From positions 864,001-928,000 of the forward strand of contig CAWIIB010000001.1 in assembly GCA_963836075.1 (NCBI GenBank): DNA of 64,000 nt, given 5' to 3'. Of this stretch, positions 1-10,354 are shown one piece after another. Source of the stretch: an uncultured Acidobacteriota bacterium. GTDB taxonomy: Bacteria > Acidobacteriota > JAQAZP01. The position numbers were made by a program, and so were the translations under genes. The notes beneath the pieces were generated by a model. That model was not told the DNA's origin, ran no database searches, and worked only from the letters and a program-made list of their open reading frames with translations. The stretch's first letter is position 1, and the number at the start of each line of letters is the position of its first letter.

Positions 1-1164
1 CCGGGGCGATGGACCTGCGCTACCGTCCGCTGGTCCCCGGGGAGGCCGCCGGCGAGCAGCAGGCCGTCGAAAAAATGGGGCCCCGGCCCCTGCCGCGAGT
101 CTCACTGCTCCGCGTCGCCCTCACGTTGCTGGTGCTGTTCCTGGTCCTGGCCCTCGGCGCCGCTGCGGCGCTGCAGTTCGGTTTCGGTCGTCCGGAGGCC
201 CTCTTCCTGCTGGAGGCCTGCACGCCGGCGGCAGCCGGGGAAAACAGTGTGGCCTCTTTTGTGAACGACTGGCTGGACCAGCCGGACCGCCGGCCCCGCC
301 AGCGCCTCGTACGGCTGTCCAGCGATCCCCCCGGCGCGTCGATCCGCTTCGGCACCCGGCAGACCGGGCAGGTGACCCCGGTGGAGATGACCCTTCCCTT
401 CGCCGCTGCGGGGCGCAACCTGGTGACTTTCGAGCTGGAGGGCTACCTGCCGGGCCAGATCCAGTTCGCCATCGGCGAAGCCCCGCCGCAGGAGATCTCA
501 CTGACGCTGAAGCCCGACCTGGAGGAACTGCAAGTGCTCAGCAGTCCGCCGGGCGCTGTTGTTTCAGTGGACGGGGAGGAAGTGGCCGGAACCACGCCGC
601 TGAAGCTCCGGATCGATCGGTACCGCGTTGCCGGAGATCCGGCTGGAGCTGCAGGGCTACGACAGCGCCCGGGTGGCCGCCGGCGATCTGCCCGCGGACG
701 GCTCTCCGCTCCAGGTGACGCTGGTGCGGATCCCCGGTCCGGGCACCCTGGTGATCCGCAGCCCGTTCCCGGTCACCGCCAGCGCCGGCGGCCAATCCCT
801 GTCCCTGCGCAGCAGCGGGTCCGGGGTCTACCGGGCCAGTCTCCCGGCAGGCCGGCGCACGGTGACCATCCGCAACCGGGAGTATTTTCACTACGAGAAG
901 CGGAATTTCGACATCCCCGAGGGTGGGTCGGCCGAGCACCGTATCGCCTCCCCCGGCTGGGCCGACTTAACCGCTCTTCCCGGCAACTGCAAGATCCACA
1001 TCGACGGCGCATATGTCGATTTTGTCCCGATCATCGGCCTGCCGCTGGCTGCCGGCTCCCACCGCGCCAAATTTACCTGGCCGTCCGATGGAACCGCTCG
1101 CGAGAAAAGATTCACGGTGCAATCGGGCCAGACCACCAAGGTTTTTCTTTCCCGGGATCAGTAG
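1..1164 (+). CDS. Membrane-anchored multi-PEGA-domain protein, probably 5'-truncated (possibly the C-terminal half of a Ser/Thr kinase); +1 frameshift at ~620
   Basis: TM segment (LLRVALTLLVLFLVLALG) followed by PEGA starts 'LSSDPPGASI..G.TP' and 'VLSSPPGAVVSVDG..AGTTP'. The PEGA-like sequence continues in ORF 628..1164 (IRLELQGYD, KIHIDG..P). Deleting one base at ~620 fuses the two frames. Confidence 0.7.
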
Positions 1165-1282
1165 TGGCACCATGTTGCGCTCCATGGCGACCCCCTGTAC
1201 AATTTACCGTCAAATCGATATCCACCGCCCGGCCCCAGCGCATGCCGACTGTGCCGGGCACCAAGGAGGAGAATCCCCCGAG

Positions 1283-2974
1283 ATGAATTTCACTCGGCAC
1301 CGGGTGTGCCTGCTGCTCGCCGCGGCTGTGACCGTGCTTTCCCTGCTGTCGCCTCCGGGTGCCACCGCGCAGAGCGGCGGCCGGGACCTGGCCCGGGCGT
1401 ATTTCGAGAGCGGGATGGATTTCATGCGTTCGGGCCGCCACCAGCAGGGCCTGGCCGACTTGCAGATCATCGTCGAATCGTATTCCCAGTCGCCATATGC
1501 CGACGACGCCCTGTTGCAGATCGGTATCCACAACCAGGAAACCCTGGGTGATCCGGCGAAGGCCCTCAAATACTACAACACGGTGATCCTGCGCTATGCG
1601 GACAGCGAGTCTGCGGCCGAGGCTTACGTGCGCAAGGGCCTGATCCTGCTCGAGGCCGGCGGCAGCCATGAGCGGCTGGCCGAGGCCTCGGCGGCCTTCG
1701 ACCGCGTGGTCCGATTTTATCCCGACAGCCCGGCGGTCTGCCGCTCGCTGGTCTACTCGGCCATGGCGCTCAAGCAGATGGGTGAACCAAAAGCGGCGCT
1801 CTCCCGTCTGCTGGATCTGCGGCTGATCCAGGGCGAATGCCCCGAAGCGGCCCGGGCCGACTGGGAGGCGGCCCTGCTGCTGATGGAAACCGGCTACCCC
1901 CTGGAGGCGATGAAACGTCTGCAGAACCTGCGCGACCGCCACCCGGACTCCGCCGAAGCGCCCCGGGCGCTGGAAGCACTGGCCCTGCTCTACCGGATGG
2001 AGATCCGGTCCAGGGAGGACGCGTCGGCACTCTACATTCCCGACCCGTCCTTCTCCCTCTCCGCCCCCGAAAAGTGGAAGAACCTGCGCAACCTGCGGGT
2101 GCTGACCGACGGCCGGCTGGTGGTTTCCGACCGGGGCCGCGACTCGATCTATATCTTTGACCGGCGGGGCCGGCTGATCGAAACCATGGAGCCCGGCCCG
2201 GTGGACCAGATCTGCGTCTGCCCCGGAGGAGATGTCCTGGTGGGCGCCGGCAAGCGCGCGGTCCGTCTGGCGGGCGGCCGAATCACTTTCCGCGCCCCGA
2301 AGAGCCTCAAGGACCGTGGTGTGTCCGGAGTGGTGGGCGGCTGGTCCCGGGGCCCCTGGAAAATGGCCGGCACACCTGCGGAACGCACCGAGGAGGATAA
2401 AGACAAGGACGAGGATGATGAGGATGACGAGGAGAAGGGGAAAGACGACGACCTGAAGGAACTGGAAGAACTCTCCCGGGTCGCGCTCCTCAGTTCGGGC
2501 ATTTTCCTGACCATCGACGGTGACCGGGACCGGGTGGACATCTTCCGGCCCCCGTCCTCGCCCGGTTCGGCGGCGGCCACCTTCCGGGACGCGGCGATCC
2601 AGAGTGTCCCCGACCCGGTATCCCTGGAAGTGGACCGGGAGAACCGGATTTTCCTCATCTCGGCCAAGGAGCGGGCGGTGGTGGTCTTCGACCGCAACGG
2701 CCGCGAAATCGAGCGGCTGGGCGGCCGGAAAACCGGGACCTTTGAAGAGCCGCTGGACATGGCCGTGGACGCGGCGGGCAACCTCTTCGTCCTCGACGGC
2801 AAGATGGAGCAGGTGTTGGTCTTCTCCCGGACTTTTGAACCGCTGTTCACCATTTCCCTGGACAGCGGGTCGCTGGGCGTGGACGTGAAAAAGGTCGTTT
2901 CCCTGTCCGTGGGCCCTGACGGTTCCCTCTACCTCCTGGACGCCGGTGCCCGGACGGTTCACCGGCTCAATTGA
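1283..2974 (+). CDS. Secreted TPR (BamD/YbgF-like) + NHL beta-propeller protein
   Basis: AGGAGG RBS at ~1264; signal peptide; TPR motifs (YADDALLQIG, FYPDSPA); NHL repeats (LVVSDRGRDSIYIFD, PLDMAVDAAGNLFVLD). Confidence 0.8.
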   Translation: MNFTRHRVCLLLAAAVTVLSLLSPPGATAQSGGRDLARAYFESGMDFMRSGRHQQGLADLQIIVESYSQSPYADDALLQIGIHNQETLGDPAKALKYYNTVILRYADSESAAEAYVRKGLILLEAGGSHERLAEASAAFDRVVRFYPDSPAVCRSLVYSAMALKQMGEPKAALSRLLDLRLIQGECPEAARADWEAALLLMETGYPLEAMKRLQNLRDRHPDSAEAPRALEALALLYRMEIRSREDASALYIPDPSFSLSAPEKWKNLRNLRVLTDGRLVVSDRGRDSIYIFDRRGRLIETMEPGPVDQICVCPGGDVLVGAGKRAVRLAGGRITFRAPKSLKDRGVSGVVGGWSRGPWKMAGTPAERTEEDKDKDEDDEDDEEKGKDDDLKELEELSRVALLSSGIFLTIDGDRDRVDIFRPPSSPGSAAATFRDAAIQSVPDPVSLEVDRENRIFLISAKERAVVVFDRNGREIERLGGRKTGTFEEPLDMAVDAAGNLFVLDGKMEQVLVFSRTFEPLFTISLDSGSLGVDVKKVVSLSVGPDGSLYLLDAGARTVHRLN

Positions 2975-3009
2975 TCGGCCGCACGACGCTGAAGGAGATC
3001 GTTCATCAA

Positions 3010-5187
3010 ATGACACTACCCAAGCCACAGCGAACTCTGCTGGCCGTGCTGCTTCTGCTGGCCTCGATGCTCTGCCCGCCCCTTGCGGCCCAGGTCACCG
3101 GGAGCGACCTGCCATCTTACAGCATGGCCGACGTGGACCGTCTGCTCCAGGCCTCCCTGGCCCTGTTCCATTCCAGCCGCCAGGAGGAGTCGATCCCCGG
3201 GTTCAGCGATATCCTTGACACCGTGCGGCTGAGCACTTCGGTGGAGGAACTCACCGCCGCCGAGCGGCGGCTGCTGACCACCTGTTACGAGCACCGGGCG
3301 CGGGCCCTGTTCAACCAGGGATATTCTGTGGAAGCGGGCCACGACCTGCGCAGCCTGCTCTCCCTGGAACCAGGGTTTCAGCTGGACCCGGACCAGGTCT
3401 CGCCAAAGATCATCCAGCTCTTCAACTCGGTCCGCGACGATCTCATCGGGTCGGTGATGGTCAGCGCCATCCCCCCGCTGTCGGCCCTGGTCATCGACGG
3501 TGTCGAACAGGGAGTCACCGACAGCGCAGCAGTATACCTGTTCGCCGGCAACCACCGGGTGGAAGTGCGGCGGCCGGGCTACGACGCCTATCAGCAGCTG
3601 GTGGACGTTCCCGCCGGGCAGCAGCTGGTGCTGGGACCGGTGGAACTGGTGCGCACCATGGCCACCTGCCGCTTCATCACCGTGCCGGCCGGCGTCTCGG
3701 TGTACATCGACGGCGAACTGGCCGGGGTCACCGGTGACCGCCCCTCCGCCGAGGCACGCCAGGCAGCGCGGGAAGCCGACTGCAACCCGCTGGACATCTC
3801 CGAATTTCTCCTGGTGCCCGACATCGCCCCCGGAACACACCAGGTGGAGTTCCGCAAACCGTGCCGGGTGACCATTGCCAAGGAACTGAATTTCGGCCAG
3901 CCCATCGATTACGTGGACAGCGTCCGGCGACTGGCCCCCAGCGAGGGCACCATCGCCGTGCGCGCCATACCTCCCGGATGCACCATCTTCCTCAACGGCG
4001 ACGAGGTGGGCACCGGCGACCAGCTGCTGGAACGGATCTGCACCGGTGAGCACCGGATAGACGCCGCCTTTCGCGGCGGACGGTTCAGCACCACGGTGAT
4101 GGTGAACAACGGCGACCGGGTGGAGGTGACCACCGTGCTGCGCCCCACACTGGCCTTTGCCGGTGTCTTCCCCCGGCTGGGCCTGGGGAGCGGAGCGGGA
4201 GAGGACCTGGCCCGGGTGCGCGAAGGTCTGGCCGGGGTGAGCAGTCTCAACCTGAAGTTTCCCGGGGAAACCGAGGTGGACACGCTGTTCCAGCGCTTCG
4301 GCCTGAACCCTGCCCAGACCCCCCCCGCAGAACTGCCCGTTGAACTGCTGGCGGCTCTGGGTCGCACCCTGGAGTGCAATCTCGTGCTGCTGGCGGTGCG
4401 CGAGGGCATCGAACGTGAGCTGCGGCTCTACAGCACCTTGCACCCCGTCCCGGAACGGATCCCGGTGGCCGAGGGTGGCCTGCGCTCGGCCCTGCCGAAG
4501 TTCTCCGCCCTGCTGGACGCCGCACCTCAGCTGAGCCGGCCCTGGACCGGCCTGCTGGTGGCCGACGTGCCGTTGGCCATCGGCTTCCCGGTGATCGGGG
4601 TCACCCCCGGTTCGCCGGCCGCGGACGCCGGCATCCATTTGGGTGACGTGGTTTCCAGCGTAGAGGGCAACCGCCTCACCGGCGCGTCCATGCTCCGCCA
4701 GGCTGCGGATGCAGCCGGAGAAGGCGGCAGCCTGGCCATCCAGCTGAACCGGGACGGCCGCCTGTCCCAGGTCACGCTCCTGGTGGGACGCACCCCGGTG
4801 CTCCTGCCCATCAACTCGAATAATTTTCTCTACAACCGGATGCTGGAATCCCTCTCCTCCCGGCTCAACACCACCGAACCCGGTGGTGACGAAGCAGCGG
4901 AGATCCGGCTCAACATCGCCGTCTGCCTGCTCCGTTTCGGGCAGCCGGAACGGGCCGCCGGCTTCCTCGAGGCAGCGTCCACCACGCGGACGGCGGGCAT
5001 CTCCCAGGGCACGATCTCCTACTACCTGGCCCGCTGCGCGGCGGAGATCGGACGGATCGACCGGGCGGAGCAGCTCTACGCCGAGGTGCTCAACAACCCG
5101 GAGAGCACGCTGGTGGACCACGAGGGGCCGCCGGCCTGGATCGCGGTGACCGGGCTGTTCAGCAACCGCGGCGCCGCGGGGCACTAG
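3010..5187 (+). CDS. Secreted TPR + PEGA + PDZ domain protein
   Basis: AAGGAG RBS; signal peptide; PEGA repeats (ITVPAGVSVYIDG, AIPPGCTIFLNG); PDZ motif (VTPGSPAADAGIHLGDVVSSVEG); C-terminal TPR-like helices. Confidence 0.8.
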   Translation: MTLPKPQRTLLAVLLLLASMLCPPLAAQVTGSDLPSYSMADVDRLLQASLALFHSSRQEESIPGFSDILDTVRLSTSVEELTAAERRLLTTCYEHRARALFNQGYSVEAGHDLRSLLSLEPGFQLDPDQVSPKIIQLFNSVRDDLIGSVMVSAIPPLSALVIDGVEQGVTDSAAVYLFAGNHRVEVRRPGYDAYQQLVDVPAGQQLVLGPVELVRTMATCRFITVPAGVSVYIDGELAGVTGDRPSAEARQAAREADCNPLDISEFLLVPDIAPGTHQVEFRKPCRVTIAKELNFGQPIDYVDSVRRLAPSEGTIAVRAIPPGCTIFLNGDEVGTGDQLLERICTGEHRIDAAFRGGRFSTTVMVNNGDRVEVTTVLRPTLAFAGVFPRLGLGSGAGEDLARVREGLAGVSSLNLKFPGETEVDTLFQRFGLNPAQTPPAELPVELLAALGRTLECNLVLLAVREGIERELRLYSTLHPVPERIPVAEGGLRSALPKFSALLDAAPQLSRPWTGLLVADVPLAIGFPVIGVTPGSPAADAGIHLGDVVSSVEGNRLTGASMLRQAADAAGEGGSLAIQLNRDGRLSQVTLLVGRTPVLLPINSNNFLYNRMLESLSSRLNTTEPGGDEAAEIRLNIAVCLLRFGQPERAAGFLEAASTTRTAGISQGTISYYLARCAAEIGRIDRAEQLYAEVLNNPESTLVDHEGPPAWIAVTGLFSNRGAAGH

Positions 5188-5323
5188 CGTCGATGACAAG
5201 CCACAGCGCTGAAGAGATCCCTGAACGCATTGGCCGCTACCTGGCCCGGTCGCGAAACGCTCCGACGTCGCTCAGACGCAACGGTCCGATGAACAGTCGT
5301 CCCCTATCTTCTGCTGGGTGGGA

Positions 5324-6094
5324 TCAGTTGGTGAAACGGACGAGGATGACCGAGATATTGTCCTTGCCGCCGTTCCGGTTGGAGGCTTCCACCAGATCGC
5401 GGCCGACCGCTTCCGCCCCGCGCTCGGCCACCCCGGCCAGCAGTCCGGCGATCTGATCATCATCGAGCATCCCGGTGAGGCCGTCGGAACAGAGCAGGTA
5501 GCAGTCCCCTTCCTCGATACTGTCGCTGCGGACGTCCACCTGGAGATTTTTATCGCTGCCCAGGGCCCTGGTCACCACGTTGCGGAAAGGGTGAATCCTG
5601 GCCTGCTGCTCGGTGAGCATGCCCTCCTGCATCTGCTCGTTGACCCAGGAGTGGTCGTTGGTCAGCAATTCCATTTCGTCGCGGCGGAAGCGGTAAACCC
5701 GGCTGTCCCCCACACTGCCGATGGTGGAGCGGTCTTCAGTGATCAGCAGGGAGACCATGGTGGCTCCCATGCCCTGGTAGCGGCTCTCCTCCTCCACCGC
5801 ATCCCTGATCCGGTTGTTGGCCAACCGGATGGCCGTCTGCAACCGGTTTCCGTCGTAGGACAGGTTCTCGTCGTAGGCGTAGGGCCAGGTCAGTTCGCGG
5901 TCCCGGCGGGTGTGGATGATGAACTCGTTCACCGCATCGACGGCGATACCGGATGCGACGTCCCCGGCGGCATGACCACCCATGCCGTCGGCCACCAGAA
6001 AGAGCTGGTCCTCTTCGTTGAGATGGATCCGGTCTTCGTTTTCTTCCCGGACCAGGCCCTTGTGGGTCAGTCCAAACGCTTCCACACTGCTCAC
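5324..6094 (-). CDS. stp1: PP2C-family Ser/Thr protein phosphatase (Stp1/PrpC)
   Basis: Motifs THKGLVREENED, VADGMGGHAAG, VGDSR, LLCSDGL, GGKDNIS. Confidence 0.93.
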   Translation of the reverse strand: MSSVEAFGLTHKGLVREENEDRIHLNEEDQLFLVADGMGGHAAGDVASGIAVDAVNEFIIHTRRDRELTWPYAYDENLSYDGNRLQTAIRLANNRIRDAVEEESRYQGMGATMVSLLITEDRSTIGSVGDSRVYRFRRDEMELLTNDHSWVNEQMQEGMLTEQQARIHPFRNVVTRALGSDKNLQVDVRSDSIEEGDCYLLCSDGLTGMLDDDQIAGLLAGVAERGAEAVGRDLVEASNRNGGKDNISVILVRFTN

Positions 6095-6141
6095 ACCGAA
6101 ATCTCCTTGAAGAGGCTGATCGTCCGGTCAAAGCCCATATC

Positions 6142-7179
6142 TTATCCCTTCGCGAGCTTTTTGGCCAGCTTCCGCTTGCCGGCCTTGCGGATCACTTCGG
6201 GAACGTCACGGTTGCGGCTGAGAATGCGCAGGTCCAGCGGAGTCAGCCGGTTGAGGAACTTCAACGATACCGCGATGGGTGTTCGCGGGTTCTGGACCAG
6301 GTTGACCACCAGCGAGTAGCGACGGGTCCACTCCCGTTTGATGGCCACGTAGCGCAGCACGTCCTCGTGCACATTACGCAGCTGGACGATGGCGTCGACT
6401 TCGGAATCGGTGATTTTCGGGCTGCGCACCGCAGCGGTGCAGATCAGGCGGTTGGGGCTCTTCACCAGGTGCATCCGCTCTTCCCGGGATCCGATCTTGG
6501 CCAGCCGAATCCTGCCCGTGATGTCCAGCCGGGTCATTTTCTGCAACATGGTTTCCTTCCGCTCCGGCCCCTCCGGCGGCAGATCCTCGGTCTGCGAAAC
6601 GGCCATTTCCACCGGGAGGTCCGGCACCTCGGGCACAGGTGGTTCCTCGGCCGGCAACGCGACCGGCGGGGCAGCATCGGGCGCAGGTGTTTCCTTCTTC
6701 TCGAAAAAATCGAATTTCAGCTCGTTCACCCGGCCCCGGATGTGTGCGTTGAGGGCCGGGTTCTGCAGCAGCGCCTCGAGAATGCCGGGCTCGCGGATGA
6801 TACGGACCTGGTTGATCACGATCAGTTCCATCAGATCCACCGGCGCCGTTCGGGCAAGGTCGAGGATGGCCTGGTCCGGTGTTGCGGGATTGAGGATCAC
6901 CGCTTCCAGGGGGCCCGAACGGCCCTCGCAGGACCGGGAATAGAACTGCAGCAGCTCCGGCGCCCAGCCGTCTTCATGGAGCGCCGCCTCCAGAATGTTG
7001 TCCGGCAGTTCCTTGATCGATTTGGCGGCAGCGGAGCAGATCTCGTCATCGTCATCTGAGGAGAGCAGGTGCAGCGCTTGCACCAGGTCGGCGGCCTCCA
7101 TGGGCAGCAGCCCGCGGGCCGTGGAGATCCTCACCTCCCGGGAAGCGGTAGCGGCACGAATTTCGGCTAAAACGTCCAT
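6142..7179 (-). CDS. Conserved hypothetical helical protein with LRV/HEAT-like repeats
   Basis: Coherent 345-aa ORF with recurring NP.TP motifs (LNPATP, QNPALN, QNPRTP) and a Pro/Glu linker; lies between the HTH gene and the phosphatase. Confidence 0.65.
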   Translation of the reverse strand: MDVLAEIRAATASREVRISTARGLLPMEAADLVQALHLLSSDDDDEICSAAAKSIKELPDNILEAALHEDGWAPELLQFYSRSCEGRSGPLEAVILNPATPDQAILDLARTAPVDLMELIVINQVRIIREPGILEALLQNPALNAHIRGRVNELKFDFFEKKETPAPDAAPPVALPAEEPPVPEVPDLPVEMAVSQTEDLPPEGPERKETMLQKMTRLDITGRIRLAKIGSREERMHLVKSPNRLICTAAVRSPKITDSEVDAIVQLRNVHEDVLRYVAIKREWTRRYSLVVNLVQNPRTPIAVSLKFLNRLTPLDLRILSRNRDVPEVIRKAGKRKLAKKLAKG

Positions 7180-7260
7180 CGCTGCCTGTTGTCATTGGAG
7201 TGTCGGCGGAGACACGGCCTTTCAGGGGATAGAAACCGGGGAGGATCGCGAACAGCGGGC

Positions 7261-7653
7261 TCAGCGGCCGAAGAAATACCACGATGCCGCCAGCGCCGCC
7301 GCAACCACCACCAGCGCCACGGTGATCCAGACCGCCCTCCGGCCTGACGAGTGTCGAACCGACCCCGCCAGGGAACCCAGATCCGTTTCCTCCCCGTTCT
7401 CCGCCTCGAGCTGCTGCATGTGGAAGAGGTAGTTGTTCACCATCTCGTCATCGTCGACGCCGATATACTTGGCGTAGGCCCGGATGAAACCGACGTTGAA
7501 CACCCCGCCGGGGAGCAGGTCAAACTGGTTCTCCTCGATGGCGTGAAGGAACTTCATGCTGATCTTGGTCGCCTCGGAGATCTCCTGCAACGACACTTCC
7601 CGCAGTTCCCTCTCCCTGCGCAGATCACCACCGAATGAAGAACCATCGGTCAT
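7261..7653 (-). CDS. RodZ-like HTH_25 membrane protein (short; no periplasmic domain)
   Basis: FGGDLRRERE..VSLQEISEATKI..LHAIEE..LPGGVFNVGFIRAYAKYIG plus a C-terminal TM helix; GGAGG RBS at 7661-7665. Confidence 0.85.
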   Translation of the reverse strand: MTDGSSFGGDLRRERELREVSLQEISEATKISMKFLHAIEENQFDLLPGGVFNVGFIRAYAKYIGVDDDEMVNNYLFHMQQLEAENGEETDLGSLAGSVRHSSGRRAVWITVALVVVAAALAASWYFFGR

Positions 7654-7733
7654 GGCCATTCCTCCACACCCCGTCAATCTGCAGGGCTGCACGCCAACTA
7701 CATGAGGATAAACATCGAACATATATCGCCAGC

Positions 7734-7763
7734 ATTGTAGAAAATGGGAGCAAGGGCTGTCAA
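7734..7763 (-). promoter_or_regulatory. Sigma70-like promoter for the rodZ-like/stp operon
   Basis: TTGACA-N18-TACAAT on the minus strand. Confidence 0.55.
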
Positions 7764-7865
7764 ACAGGGGCCGGCGGCGGTTTGACCTCCACCGATGGCA
7801 TCTGGTAGGTTCGTCACACCCTGGGGCCGGAGCGGCCCGGCCGGATTGCTTTTGAAGAAACGGAA

Positions 7866-9830
7866 ATGATGGCCCGCACCAACACTCATGCATCCACCGC
7901 CAGCGGTGACGGCGGGACAGACCAGGATTTCGGCCGGCGGACCTATCTCCTTGTCCTGCTGGTCATCATCCTCCTCGCCCTGGCCCTGCGGGTGGGCTAT
8001 ATACTGGAGGTCCGCCACCAGCCGTATTTCTCCGCCCCGGAGACCGATGCCGCCTACTACGACGACTGGGCCCGCAACCTGGCCCAGGGCCGGCCGGGCG
8101 AAGTGCCGTTCTTCCGGGTACCGTTCTACCCGCTGCTGCTGGGGGCCTGCTACCGCCTCTTCGGCGGCGGCTACCTGGTGCCGCGGCTGCTCCAGGCCCT
8201 CTTTTCGGCGCTGACCATCCTCCTGCTGGCGGAGCTGGCCCGCCGGATGGCCGGACGCCGCACCGCACTGCTGGCAGCGGCACTACTGGCGCTCCACGGG
8301 CTGTCGATCTACTTCTCCGGCGAGCTGTTGCTCACCACACTGGTCGTCGCCCTCGACCTGGGTTTCCTGCTGGCCTTCCTGGCCGCCGAAGAAGGCCGGC
8401 CGAAACTGCACCTGCTCAGCGGGCTGCTGCTGGGCCTCTCGGTGATCACCCGGCCCAGCGTATTGCTGGCCGCCCCGCTGGGGTTCCTCTGGATCCTGCT
8501 CCGCAAGCACGATCCGAAATCGTCCGCGGCGCCGGCCGCCCTCTTTTTTCTGGGGGTCGTCCTCCCCATCCTCCCGGTGACCCTGACCAACCTGCTGGCC
8601 GGAGGAGAGGCGGTGCTGCTGGCCACCCAGGGCGGGGTGAACTTCTACATCGGCAACAACGCCGAGGCCACCGGGGCCCACGCCACCCTCCCGGGCGCCG
8701 GTCCCGCCTGGCAGCGGGAGGATGCCCGGGCCCTGGCCGAGAGGGAGGCCGGCCGCCGGCTCAGCGCGGCCGAGGAGTCCTCCTTCTACTACCGCAAGGG
8801 CCTCGAGTTCGTCCACGGCAGCCCGGGAAGCTGGCTGGCCCTGATGGCCAGGAAGACCGCCCTCTTCTGGAACCGTGCCGAGACCGGCAGCAACCGCGAC
8901 TACGCCTTTGCCGCCCGGGATTCGCTGATCCTCCGTCTCACTCTGCCGCTGGGCTTCGCGCTCATCGGGCCCCTGGGTCTTGCCGGGATGGTGGCCCTCC
9001 GGCGAGGGGACCGCTCACGGGAACCGCTGCTCTTCCTCGCCCTCTTCACCCTGGTCTACATGGCCGGCGTGGTGATTTTCTTCGTCAATGCCAGGTTTCG
9101 TATGCCGGTGGTCCCGCTGCTGATCCTCTTCGCCTCGATCTTCATCCTGCAGGTGGTGAACCAGCTGCGCCGGCGCCGCTTTCCCTACCGGGCCGCCGCA
9201 CTGCTGGCCGCCGCCGTGCTGGTCACCTGGTGGCCGCTGGGGGTGGCGGCGAGCAATCCCGCCTTCGGTCACTTCCACAACGGCAACGCCCACCTCGAAC
9301 AGGGGAATCTCAGCGAGGCGCGGGCTGCCTTTACCCGGGCCCTGGCGGAGAGCCCCGGGTATCCCCAGGCCCAGCTCAACATCGGCTTCACCTACTTCCG
9401 CGAAGGGAATCTCGAACAGGCGGCTGCCGCGTTCCGCGAGGAGTTGCGGCTCCACCCGGACAGCGAGAAGGCGATGTACAACCTCGGTGTGCTGAGCCGC
9501 GACAGCGGTGACCGAGCCGGGGCCGTGAGGTGGCTTCGCCGGGCAGTGGAGCAAAAACCGTGGTTCAGTGAAGCCCGCACCACCCTGGCCGCGCTGCTGG
9601 CCAGCCAGGGGGCGGCCGAAGCGGGCCAGGGACAGATCCAGCAGGCCCTGGCACTCTTTGGTGAAGCGGTGGAACTGGACGGTTCGCGGCCGATCTACCG
9701 CTACAACTACGCCCTGGCCCTGGGTCAGAGCGGGCGGGAGAACGAAGCACTGGAACAGTTGCGAAAAGCCCTGGAGATCGACCCCGGTTTCGAACCGGCC
9801 CGACAGATGCTGGAAGCCAGGGGCCGATAG
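7866..9830 (+). CDS. GT-C fold glycosyltransferase (PMT_2/ArnT-like) with C-terminal TPRs
   Basis: First-loop 'ETDAAYYDDWA..PFFRVPFYP', many TM helices, 'GGVNFYIGNN', 'ARFRMP', then several TPRs. Confidence 0.85.
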   Translation: MMARTNTHASTASGDGGTDQDFGRRTYLLVLLVIILLALALRVGYILEVRHQPYFSAPETDAAYYDDWARNLAQGRPGEVPFFRVPFYPLLLGACYRLFGGGYLVPRLLQALFSALTILLLAELARRMAGRRTALLAAALLALHGLSIYFSGELLLTTLVVALDLGFLLAFLAAEEGRPKLHLLSGLLLGLSVITRPSVLLAAPLGFLWILLRKHDPKSSAAPAALFFLGVVLPILPVTLTNLLAGGEAVLLATQGGVNFYIGNNAEATGAHATLPGAGPAWQREDARALAEREAGRRLSAAEESSFYYRKGLEFVHGSPGSWLALMARKTALFWNRAETGSNRDYAFAARDSLILRLTLPLGFALIGPLGLAGMVALRRGDRSREPLLFLALFTLVYMAGVVIFFVNARFRMPVVPLLILFASIFILQVVNQLRRRRFPYRAAALLAAAVLVTWWPLGVAASNPAFGHFHNGNAHLEQGNLSEARAAFTRALAESPGYPQAQLNIGFTYFREGNLEQAAAAFREELRLHPDSEKAMYNLGVLSRDSGDRAGAVRWLRRAVEQKPWFSEARTTLAALLASQGAAEAGQGQIQQALALFGEAVELDGSRPIYRYNYALALGQSGRENEALEQLRKALEIDPGFEPARQMLEARGR

Positions 9831-10354
9831 GAGCCCTGGGTAACCTGCTTCAAAGAATCCCCCCCCAACTCCAATTAGTTCTTGCTATTTTCACGAAAAG
9901 GCATTATGTATGAAAGCATACGTGCGCCGGGGCCACCCTACCCCCGCGCTCGACTGTCTGTATAATCTACAACAAAAGAGATTTACCGCCCTGCCAGTGG
10001 CGACGTGGCGTACTCTTCCTCTGTGTGCCCGTTCTTCGCTGTATGGGCATCATTTTTCCATGTCCAGCATGTCAAACCGCTAATTCCATAAGGAGTTTCC
10101 TGTGTTGCTGATGATATGGAAAACAGCATTGCCGGACATAAATACTGATTACGGCCTCTGTTTTCACAGGCACGAAACAGGAAGTTCTGTATTGAATCGG
10201 CAACGGCCCTGGTCGTGATGACCGGGGCCAGGGTTTCTGTCTCGGAGGTATGGAGAAAAATACGCCTCCACGAGTCCTGCTCATGGATGAAGGGGATCTG
10301 TGCAAGATGTCACCTGGCCCGCTCGCGGGCCGCAACAAAGTGGAGATTGCTGAT

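Noticed and set aside
1165-1180. TGGCACCATGTTGC as a sigma54 promoter
   Set aside because: Spacing is GG-N9-GC rather than the required N10.
1112-5199. Long minus-strand ORFs (638 aa and 727 aa)
   Set aside because: They mirror the real plus-strand genes, which carry clear domains and RBSs.
9850-10350. Riboswitch/ncRNA upstream of the repeat protein (hairpin ~10206-10230)
   Set aside because: Only one GC hairpin and no recognisable aptamer consensus; needs an Rfam search.
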